A stretch of 24,000 nucleotides of DNA from Dehalobacter sp. CP (lineage in GTDB: Bacteria; Bacillota; Desulfitobacteriia; Desulfitobacteriales; Syntrophobotulaceae), in assembly GCF_047652685.1 (NCBI RefSeq), contig NZ_CP157399.1, positions 1,174,916 through 1,198,915 of the forward strand. The letters run 5' to 3'. Shown piece by piece: positions 14,565-22,196 of the stretch. The notes under the pieces are model-generated. The model was given only the letters and a program-made list of their open reading frames with translations. It was not told the DNA's origin and searched no databases. Position numbers and translations under genes: made by a program. Position 1 is the stretch's first letter. Each line of letters opens with the position of its first letter.

Positions 14565-14565
14565 T

Positions 14566-16440
14566 TTGCGGCTTCTGGACAAAATTGATTCTCCGACCGA
14601 TCTGAAAAGCTTAAGCGAAAGTGACCTGACCGTTCTGGCTGAAGAACTCCGTCAGGAGATGATAGATATTATTTCAGTGAATGGCGGTCATCTGGCATCA
14701 AACCTCGGCGTTGTGGAACTGACCCTGGCGCTGCATAGAGTATTTGACACTCCAACCGACAAGATTATCTGGGATGTTGGTCATCAGGCCTATGTTCATA
14801 AGATTCTGACCGGAAGGAAGGAAACTTTTAAGACGATCCGGCAATTTCACGGTTTGGCAGGATTTCCGAAGAGAGAGGAAAGCGAATACGACTGTTTTGA
14901 TACCGGACATGCCAGCACTTCCATCTCAGCTGCACTGGGTTTCGCCAAAGCCAGGGACATTAAGAAAGAAAATTATCATGTCATTGCTGTGATTGGTGAT
15001 GGGGCAATGAGCGGCGGGATGGCCTATGAAGCGATGAATCATGCCGGTAACAGCGACAGCAATTTAATTATTGTTTTAAATGACAACGAAATGTTTATCT
15101 CCCAGAATGTCGGCGCAATGTCTTCGTATCTGAACAAGATCAGGACAGATCCATCTTACGACAGAAGGAAGAAAGATGTCCAAAAATTCATAAGAAATAT
15201 CCCGTGTATTGGGTCCTCCATGGCTAAAGCAGCTGGAAGGGCTAAAGACGGCATTAAATATTTCCTGGTACCCGGTCTGTTGTTCGAGGAGCTGGGACTG
15301 ACCTATCTCGGGCCAATTAATGGACATGATATTGCGTCACTGGAAAAGGTTCTCCACCAGGCCAAACAAAAAAAAGGTCCGGTTCTGGTTCACATTAAGA
15401 CCTGTAAAGGCAATGGGTATGAGCCGGCCAAGCAAAGCCCGGATATCTTCCATGGGGTAGGGCCATTTTCCAAAGAAACGGGTGAAATGGTTAAAAAGAA
15501 TGCGCCGCCGACTTATACGGAAGTATTTGGACGGACCATTTGTGAATTGGCGGAAGAGGATAACAGGATCGTTGCAGTTACGGCAGCCATGGGATCGGGG
15601 ACAGGTCTGAACAATTTTGGCCAAAATTACCCCGAAAGATTTTTTGATGTCGGAATTGCCGAACCGCACGCGGTAACTTTTGCTGCGGCACTCGCGCTGG
15701 ATGGACTGAAACCGGTTGTTTCCATGTATTCCACGTTCTATCAGAGAGCGTATGACCAGGTCCTGCATGATGTCTGCCTGCAAAATGCCAAGGTCGTATT
15801 TGCAGTCGACAGGGCCGGCGTCGTCGGTGAGGACGGGAAGACGCATCACGGTATATTCGATATCTCTTTTTTCAGAACGATCCCGAACCTTACCTTGATG
15901 GCGCCGAAAGATGAAAATGAACTTCGACAGATGATTTATACAGCGCTCACCATGGACAACCCGGTAGCTGTCCGGTACCCGAGATCGGCCGGTGTCGGCG
16001 TGGAAATGGACAAAGAATTCAAAGCATTGCCGAAGGGCAAAGCGGAACTGCTGCGCGAGGGCCAGGATATTACGCTGATCGGTTTTGGGCCGGTTGTCAG
16101 TTTTTGTATGGAGGCTGCTAAGCAGTTGGAGTCTGAAGGTATTCAGGCCGGTGTGATTAATTTGCGTTTCATTAATCCGATCGATCGGGAAATGGTGACT
16201 GCCGAGGTCCAAAAAACAGGGAGGCTGGTTACGGTTGAGGACCACATCCTCGCCGGAGGGATGGGCAGCGCGGTACTGGAAGTTCTCGAGGAAGAAGGAA
16301 TTCAAGGCACAGCAGTCGAACGGATAGGATATGATGATTATGTTGAACACGGTGCAATTCCGCTTCTCCATCAAGATTGCGGTATTACGATTGAGCATAT
16401 TGTCAGTGTTTCCAGAGAACTGATGAAAAACAGATGTTAA
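14566..16440 (+). CDS. dxs: 1-deoxy-D-xylulose-5-phosphate synthase
   Basis: 624 aa. LLDKIDSPTDLKSL, GGHLASNLGVVELTLALH, DVGHQAYVHKILTGR, the TPP motif GDGAMSGGMAYEAMNHAG and NDNEM are canonical Dxs motifs. Confidence 0.96.
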   Translation: MRLLDKIDSPTDLKSLSESDLTVLAEELRQEMIDIISVNGGHLASNLGVVELTLALHRVFDTPTDKIIWDVGHQAYVHKILTGRKETFKTIRQFHGLAGFPKREESEYDCFDTGHASTSISAALGFAKARDIKKENYHVIAVIGDGAMSGGMAYEAMNHAGNSDSNLIIVLNDNEMFISQNVGAMSSYLNKIRTDPSYDRRKKDVQKFIRNIPCIGSSMAKAAGRAKDGIKYFLVPGLLFEELGLTYLGPINGHDIASLEKVLHQAKQKKGPVLVHIKTCKGNGYEPAKQSPDIFHGVGPFSKETGEMVKKNAPPTYTEVFGRTICELAEEDNRIVAVTAAMGSGTGLNNFGQNYPERFFDVGIAEPHAVTFAAALALDGLKPVVSMYSTFYQRAYDQVLHDVCLQNAKVVFAVDRAGVVGEDGKTHHGIFDISFFRTIPNLTLMAPKDENELRQMIYTALTMDNPVAVRYPRSAGVGVEMDKEFKALPKGKAELLREGQDITLIGFGPVVSFCMEAAKQLESEGIQAGVINLRFINPIDREMVTAEVQKTGRLVTVEDHILAGGMGSAVLEVLEEEGIQGTAVERIGYDDYVEHGAIPLLHQDCGITIEHIVSVSRELMKNRC

Positions 16441-16467
16441 TGATTTGTTAATGATTTATTAATGATT
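16435..16467. repeat. 3 x 11-bp tandem repeat beginning inside the dxs stop codon
   Basis: TGTTAATGATT (16435-16445), TGTTAATGATT (16446-16456), TATTAATGATT (16457-16467). The period is 11 bp, about one helical turn. Confidence 0.85.
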
Positions 16468-16499
16468 TTAAATAGATATAGAACAAGGATGGGCATATC

Positions 16500-17318
16500 G
16501 TGGCCAAAAATAAATCCAGACTCGATCTTCTTCTCGTCCAAAAAGGATTGGTTGAAAGCAGAGAAAAGGCTAAAGCTTTAATTATGGCCGGAAAAGTCTA
16601 TAAGGACAATCTTCGTCTTGACAAGCCAGGCATCATGCTGGAAGAAGATACAGGCCTGATTGTCAAGGGAGAGATCCATCCTTACGTTTCGCGCGGAGGT
16701 CTGAAACTGGCCAAGGCGATGGACGTATTTCAGCTGGATCTGAAGGATAAGGTCATTGCCGATATCGGGGCGTCTACCGGCGGATTTACAGATTGTGCAC
16801 TGCAGAATGGGGCTTCCAGGGTCTATGCGGTCGATGTTGGCTATGGTCAGCTGGCCTGGAGGCTGCGCAGTGACGAAAGAGTGGTCTGCCTGGAAAGAAC
16901 CAATGCACGTTACCTGACTGCGGACAGTCTCCCGGAAAAAGTAGACTGGATCGTGTGTGATGTTTCATTTATTTCCCTGACCAAGATCTTTCCCTCGATG
17001 ACAGCGATTCTGAAAGGAAGCGGACAGGCGCTAGTCCTCATCAAACCGCAATTTGAGGCCGGCCCCGAGAATGTCGGCAAAAACGGTGTTGTCAGAGACC
17101 CGCAAGTCCACCGGGAGGTTCTGCAAAACGTCCTGACTGAAGCTCAAAAACAAGGATTTCAGGTCAAGGGACTGGATTTTTCGCCAATTCGCGGTCCCGA
17201 AGGAAATATAGAATTTTTAGCCTGGCTCTGCAAGAAAAATGAGCAAGAGGCAGCGGTATTCGACTGGAATTCTTGTCTGACTGAGCTTGTTCTGAAGGCT
17301 CAGGCAGGAACGGAGTGA
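16500..17318 (+). CDS. tlyA: TlyA-family 16S/23S rRNA (cytidine-2'-O)-methyltransferase
   Basis: 272 aa. N-terminal S4 domain (RLDLLLVQKGLVESREKAKALIMAGKV). FtsJ-like domain (YVSRGGLKL, DIGASTGGFTDCAL, DVSFISL). Confidence 0.9.
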   Translation: MAKNKSRLDLLLVQKGLVESREKAKALIMAGKVYKDNLRLDKPGIMLEEDTGLIVKGEIHPYVSRGGLKLAKAMDVFQLDLKDKVIADIGASTGGFTDCALQNGASRVYAVDVGYGQLAWRLRSDERVVCLERTNARYLTADSLPEKVDWIVCDVSFISLTKIFPSMTAILKGSGQALVLIKPQFEAGPENVGKNGVVRDPQVHREVLQNVLTEAQKQGFQVKGLDFSPIRGPEGNIEFLAWLCKKNEQEAAVFDWNSCLTELVLKAQAGTE

Positions 17319-17322
17319 ACGG

Positions 17323-18138
17323 ATGGGAAACAAGGTAGGGATATGGATTAACCATTCTAAAATTACGAAAGAAAGCATCACCCCTCAGCTAATTAATTGG
17401 TTCAACAGTCAGGGATGGGAAACTGTACCGGAATGGGACCAGGAGATTACGGAAGATGTTGACTTTGTACTTTCCCTTGGCGGAGACGGCACAGTCTTGA
17501 AAGCTGCCAGAGAAGCCGCCCGGTTCAACATCCCGGTTCTCGGCGTGAATTACGGCCGGCTTGGTTTTTTATGCGAGGTTGAACGCGGCGAAATCTATTC
17601 TGCCTTAAAAAAGGTGCTGCGCAATGAATATACGGTCGATGAGAGACTCATGATGATTACTTCATATTTTAAAGACGGTCAGATACAGCAGGATATGGTT
17701 CTGAATGATGTCGTTTTTATCCGGGACAGTGAAGAGACGCTAATAACGCTTCAGGTCAAGCTTTCCGGTGAACCGATTGCGAGTCCGCCTTCGGACGGCT
17801 TGATTATTGCAACACCGACAGGCTCGACCGCCTATTCACTTTCAGCCGGCGGACCTGTTGTGAGCCCGGATGTTCAGGCCATGCTGATCACGCCGCTGGC
17901 TGCCCATGCGCTTTCCTCCCGGCCGATGGTCATATCAAACAAGGAAAAAATAGATATCAGTCTGACCAGAGGCAGTAAATGCCGGGTGACCGTTGACGGA
18001 AAATATATGACGACCATGAATTCCGGAGATGTGGTCCGGATCGAAACGGCTCCGATCAAAGCAAGATTTATCCGGCTTGGAGGAAGGAGCTTTCCGAAGG
18101 TTGTCCGGGAGAAACTCCGGGACCGCTGGCATGAATAA
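17323..18138 (+). CDS. nadK: NAD+ kinase
   Basis: 271 aa. LGGDGTVL, NYGRLGFL and ATPTGSTAYSLSAGGP are canonical NadK/PpnK motifs. Confidence 0.93.
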   Translation: MGNKVGIWINHSKITKESITPQLINWFNSQGWETVPEWDQEITEDVDFVLSLGGDGTVLKAAREAARFNIPVLGVNYGRLGFLCEVERGEIYSALKKVLRNEYTVDERLMMITSYFKDGQIQQDMVLNDVVFIRDSEETLITLQVKLSGEPIASPPSDGLIIATPTGSTAYSLSAGGPVVSPDVQAMLITPLAAHALSSRPMVISNKEKIDISLTRGSKCRVTVDGKYMTTMNSGDVVRIETAPIKARFIRLGGRSFPKVVREKLRDRWHE

Positions 18139-18181
18139 TGAGAGCATGAACGGTGTCTTCAATCCGAAGGGGATCGAAAAT

Positions 18182-18745
18182 ATGCAGACAATGTTAAAAA
18201 TGTATCTGCAGCACCTTATCCAGCCGGGAGATCAGGTGTTGGATGCTACGGCAGGACGCGGCAAGGACACCCTTTTTCTGGCGGAATGCGTGGGTTCTGA
18301 AGGCCGGGTGTTTGCGTTTGATATTCAGGAAGAAGCTATCCAATCAACTCGGGAACTGCTCACAGCGCACAAGATGCTCGACAGGGTCGCCTTATTCCGG
18401 GAGAGTCACACAGAGATTGGGCGCCTTGTTCCGCAAGGAATCAGAGCTGCCGTTTTCAATCTCGGCTATTTGCCCGGGAGCAGCAGTCAGACAATCATTA
18501 CCGAGCCGGAGACAACGCTTCAGGCGGTAAATGATACGTTGAAGCTGCTGGCAGCCAAAGGGGTCATCGTACTCACCGTCTATCGCGGACACAGTCGCAG
18601 CCTGGAAGAAGCAAATACATTGAATGCCTATGCAGCAGAACTTTCCAAGAAGGATTTTCATGTCCTGCAGGGAATGTATCTAAATCAAGGTGAGACATCT
18701 CCATACTGGCTAATTATTCAGAAGAACAGAGGTGATCATTCATGA
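18182..18745 (+). CDS. Class I SAM-dependent methyltransferase, YtqB/MnmM family (tRNA mnm5s2U-type methylase)
   Basis: By-eye collinear match to B. subtilis YtqB as I recall it: VLDATAGRGKDTLFLAE, VFAFDIQEEAI, AAVFNLGYLPG, VIVLTVYRGH. ATG 18182 lies behind AAGGGGA. The alternative ATG 18131 overlaps the nadK stop. Confidence 0.78.
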   Translation: MQTMLKMYLQHLIQPGDQVLDATAGRGKDTLFLAECVGSEGRVFAFDIQEEAIQSTRELLTAHKMLDRVALFRESHTEIGRLVPQGIRAAVFNLGYLPGSSSQTIITEPETTLQAVNDTLKLLAAKGVIVLTVYRGHSRSLEEANTLNAYAAELSKKDFHVLQGMYLNQGETSPYWLIIQKNRGDHS

Positions 18746-19191
18746 AAAGCCGCCGTCAAAAAAAAATCCAGGAACTGATTACCAATGAACCGGTTAAAAC
18801 GCAGGAGGAATTAGCGCAAAGGCTGTTCGAAGAGGGCTTTAATGTCACACAGGCCACCGTTTCGCGGGATATCAAGGAGATGGGTCTGATCAAGATATCC
18901 GGCTCAGACGATGAATACCGTTATGCCATTCAGGCTGAAGCGCATCCGCCCGGGTATCAGGAAAGATTGAAACGAATGTTCAAGGAAGTTGTGATCGCGT
19001 TCGACAGCAGCGAAAACATCATTGTGATCAAAACCATACCGGGGAATGCCCAGGCGATGGCGTTGCTGCTTGACAATATTGGCTGGAAAGAAGTGATCGG
19101 CACTGTAGCTGGAGATGATACCATCTTTCTTCTGATCAAACCTAAAGAACAAACAGAAATCATTCTGGAGAGACTAGCCGAACTGAGCTGA
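18742..19191 (+). CDS. argR: Arginine repressor
   Basis: 149 aa. RQKKIQELITNEPVKTQEELAQRLFEEGFNVTQATVSRDIKEMGLIK (winged HTH) and the C-terminal GTVAGDDTIFLL oligomerisation/arginine-binding motif. ATGA overlap with the upstream gene. Confidence 0.92.
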   Translation: MKSRRQKKIQELITNEPVKTQEELAQRLFEEGFNVTQATVSRDIKEMGLIKISGSDDEYRYAIQAEAHPPGYQERLKRMFKEVVIAFDSSENIIVIKTIPGNAQAMALLLDNIGWKEVIGTVAGDDTIFLLIKPKEQTEIILERLAELS

Positions 19192-19248
19192 ACCGAACCG
19201 TGTCTTTTAATTTTCCATTGACTGAGTGTGGCAAAGAGGAGGAGACCT

Positions 19249-20919
19249 ATGCTCGTAGAACTTCGCATCAAAGATTTTGCACTGATGGAAGATGTCCATT
19301 TGCTTTTTGATAAAGGCTTGTCTGTTTTTACAGGGGAGACAGGAGCCGGAAAATCTATGCTGGTAGATGCATTGGGTTTGCTTCTGGGCGGAAGAGCCAG
19401 CAATGAATTTCTGCGGCATGGCAAGGACAAAGCGTGTGTGGAAGGGATTTTTTCCAATCTGCCGCTAAAATTGACTGAAATGTTGCAGGACGAAGGATAT
19501 CCGCTCGAAGATGACATGCTGTTCCTGTATCGGGAAATCAATGATTCCGGCCGGAATGTCTGCCGTGTTCAGGGCAGAACCGTCCCGTTATCCCTGTACC
19601 GGACATTCTGTGAAGGACTCGTAGACATTCACGATCAGATGGAGCACCAGTCACTGCTGCAGGCCGAAACCCAGAGGGAGCTCTTAGACAGTTTCGGCGG
19701 CGAGGAGCATTTAAAACTACTGAAACAAGTCAGGGACGCGGCTGTCAATTACCGGAACACCATGTCCAGAGAAAGAGAACTCCTGCGTTCGGAGCGGGAC
19801 AGGGAGAAAAGGGAAGAAATACTGCGTTACCAGATTGAGGAGATCGACCGGATTGCACCGGTTTCCGGGGAAGAGGAGTCTCTGGAACAGGAGAAAAAGT
19901 TTTTGCTGAATGCCGAAAAGATCGTCAGTCTTGTCAATGAAGCCTATGATGAACTCTATGCCGGAACCAAAGAAGCCTCTGATGCTGCTTTTGATAGGAT
20001 TGGGTCAGCCACAGAAAAAATGGGGGAACTCTCGGCGCTTGATCCTGAGATTGAAGAGCTGCATAAGAACCTTGAAGAGATCTATTTCAGTCTTGAAGAT
20101 TATGTGACCAAACTGCGGTCCTATAAAGATAAGCTGGATTTTGAACCAGGAAGGCTTGACGAAATTGAAACCCGCCTGATTGATCTCAGTAAGCTCAGAA
20201 AATACGCGTATACGATTGAAGCTGTTTTGGAAAGACGGGTTGAAATGGAAGAAGAACTTGAAGAAATTGCCCATCTTCAGGATGAAAAGGAAAATATCCG
20301 GCGCGAAAAGAAAGAGGCGCTGACAACGTATAACAATCTGGTGGAGGAACTCAGCCTGAACCGCGGCATCCAGGCTGAACGAATTGAAAAGGGCCTGGCA
20401 GACGAATTGCTCGATTTGGGGCTAAACGAGGCCAGAATCGAAATCATATTTTCACCAGTCACCGAACCGTCGCCCGAAGGTGCGGAACAGATTGAGTTTT
20501 ATTTTTCCGCGAATGTCGGAGAACCTCCCAAGCCTTTGGCCAAAGTGGCTTCAGGCGGAGAAATGGCCAGGATCATGCTGGCTTTCAAAAGCTTATTATC
20601 GAAAGTGGAAACCGTGGATACGTTTGTCTTCGATGAAGTGGACAGCGGAGTCGGCGGCAGAACGATCATGAAGGTCGCTGAAAAGCTTGAAAAAATATCG
20701 GAGAACAGACAAGTGCTCTGCATTACCCACTCGGCGCCGATCGCGGCATTTGCCGACAGCCATTTTGGCATTGATAAAGTCGTTGTGGAAGACCGGACAC
20801 AGACCAAAGTCAATCGGCTTGGCGAAAGTGAAAGGGTCCAGGAAATGGCCCGAATGCTTGGCGGTGAAAGCGTCGCGCTAAGCCTTGCGGAGGAATTATG
20901 GCAGCAGGCTAAAAAATAA
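19249..20919 (+). CDS. recN: DNA repair protein RecN
   Basis: ATG 19249 lies behind AAGAGGAGGAGA. Walker A motif FTGETGAGKS. Long coiled-coil middle region. Signature motif ASGGEMARIMLAF. Walker B motif FVFDEVDSGVGG. Confidence 0.95.
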   Translation: MLVELRIKDFALMEDVHLLFDKGLSVFTGETGAGKSMLVDALGLLLGGRASNEFLRHGKDKACVEGIFSNLPLKLTEMLQDEGYPLEDDMLFLYREINDSGRNVCRVQGRTVPLSLYRTFCEGLVDIHDQMEHQSLLQAETQRELLDSFGGEEHLKLLKQVRDAAVNYRNTMSRERELLRSERDREKREEILRYQIEEIDRIAPVSGEEESLEQEKKFLLNAEKIVSLVNEAYDELYAGTKEASDAAFDRIGSATEKMGELSALDPEIEELHKNLEEIYFSLEDYVTKLRSYKDKLDFEPGRLDEIETRLIDLSKLRKYAYTIEAVLERRVEMEEELEEIAHLQDEKENIRREKKEALTTYNNLVEELSLNRGIQAERIEKGLADELLDLGLNEARIEIIFSPVTEPSPEGAEQIEFYFSANVGEPPKPLAKVASGGEMARIMLAFKSLLSKVETVDTFVFDEVDSGVGGRTIMKVAEKLEKISENRQVLCITHSAPIAAFADSHFGIDKVVVEDRTQTKVNRLGESERVQEMARMLGGESVALSLAEELWQQAKK

Positions 20920-20941
20920 ATTAACAGGCCAAAAAATGAAT

Positions 20942-21961
20942 TTACGACTTCTTTAAGCTTTGTTTATACAGGTAATCGATCAGTACGACAATCCCGCCCA
21001 CGAACAAATTTAAATAATAGACGATGAGTCTCCAGAGCATGATCGCATAGATCATAACACCGGAAGGGAAAATTAGCCCGAATATCAGGTAAAATCCTCC
21101 CTCGGATGCTCCGGCATTTCCAGGCGTCGGAATGTAATTAATCGCCATGTAATGCAAAGACTGCACAGCAAGAATATCAAACAGGGACGCGTCTCTTAAA
21201 CCAAATGACAGATAGACAAAATAGGTCACGCAAAAGTACACGATGACTTGAATCAACGTATAGAGACAGGTTAGAAGCAGAGCTTTGCGGTCTCTCAGGA
21301 ACAAGCGCAGAGAACTTCTGTATTCCTCAATATGCCTGGAAAAGATTTGATCATTCATATTCTTGGCCAGTTTGATTTTATGAAGCAGTCTTAAGATCAG
21401 AAGGCAGACCTTTTTCACAATCGAACTGTTGTAACAGAGCAAAAGCAGAGCCAGCGTCGATATGATATTGATCATAAAACCTATAGCAATGAAGGTTTTG
21501 CTGACCGCACCCTGCTCAAAGATAAAATCATACTTAAAAATAGCCATAACCAAAGCGAAGGCAGTCACAATAATATGATAAATCGTAAATTTATTGATCG
21601 TGACTGATGTAGCCAGCCCCAGCGGGATTTTATAGTCATTTTTCATCGTATAGACCTGCGCGACAGGCTGTCCCCCGCCAGAAAAAGGAGTAATGGAACT
21701 ATAATACTGTCCAATCAGCGCTATTTTCATATACCGCCAAAAACGGATACCTTGATCAGAAATCTCAACAATCACTTTAATAATTAACGCATCAAAAAAC
21801 CAAAAAAGGACCATGCAGACAAATGCCAGGAATAACAGCCCTCCATCAGTTATGGCGATCAGGTGAGGTATAATACTAAATTTCGAACTGGAAATCAATA
21901 TCCAGACGGTCACTGCAATGACCAGGGCTGTAAAAAAATAATTTACAAATATTTTTTTCAT
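20942..21961 (-). CDS. Flippase-like / lysylphosphatidylglycerol-synthase transmembrane-region family protein (UPF0104)
   Basis: About 339 aa from ATG 21961 (AAAGGAAAC RBS). It has 8 or more hydrophobic helices. Motifs ...GQYYSSITPFSGGGQPVAQVY... and ...PTPGNAGASEGGFYLIF... are as I recall for the family. The track start at 22009 (TTG) was rejected. Confidence 0.75.
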   Translation of the reverse strand: MKKIFVNYFFTALVIAVTVWILISSSKFSIIPHLIAITDGGLLFLAFVCMVLFWFFDALIIKVIVEISDQGIRFWRYMKIALIGQYYSSITPFSGGGQPVAQVYTMKNDYKIPLGLATSVTINKFTIYHIIVTAFALVMAIFKYDFIFEQGAVSKTFIAIGFMINIISTLALLLLCYNSSIVKKVCLLILRLLHKIKLAKNMNDQIFSRHIEEYRSSLRLFLRDRKALLLTCLYTLIQVIVYFCVTYFVYLSFGLRDASLFDILAVQSLHYMAINYIPTPGNAGASEGGFYLIFGLIFPSGVMIYAIMLWRLIVYYLNLFVGGIVVLIDYLYKQSLKKS

Positions 21962-22007
21962 CGTTTGTTTCCTTTTATGACTATTATAAAGCCTATTATA
22001 ACCCAAC

Positions 22008-22037
22008 AAATGACAAGAGTTCTAGCTTTTGTCATTT
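22008..22037. promoter_or_regulatory. Inverted repeat (9-bp arms, 12-bp spacer) just upstream of the minus-strand membrane gene; operator-like
   Basis: AAATGACAA (22008-22016) and TTGTCATTT (22029-22037) are perfect reverse complements. Confidence 0.35.
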
Positions 22038-22111
22038 TCTTATTTCGCCATAAATTTAAGAAATCCTAGAAAACATTTCACAGGATGAAACCTTTTTATA
22101 AGGGAAATCTA

Positions 22112-22151
22112 ATACTGCAATAAAAAATTTTATTGTAGTATCTCTGCAGAG
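22112..22151. promoter_or_regulatory. Near-perfect 30-bp AT-rich palindrome plus an adjacent perfect 10-bp palindrome upstream of spoIVB
   Basis: ATACTGCAATAAAAA|ATTTTATTGTAGTAT (22112-22141, 13/15 arm matches), followed by CTCTGCAGAG (22142-22151). It lies 46-85 nt upstream of TTG 22197. Confidence 0.35.
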
Positions 22152-22196
22152 AAAAAAATACGTGAGGAGGGTGAAAAACTGAAGGGAAAAAACGGT

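Noticed and set aside
9743-16467. CRISPR array or other long repeat array.
   Set aside because: The tandem repeats found (9743-9790, 10751-10772, 16435-16467) are 2-3 contiguous short units without spacers. No repeat-spacer architecture is present anywhere in the window.
19192-19248. LexA (Cheo) box upstream of recN.
   Set aside because: I looked for GAAC-N4-GTTC. Only CGAACCGTGTCT is present, and it lacks the second half-site.
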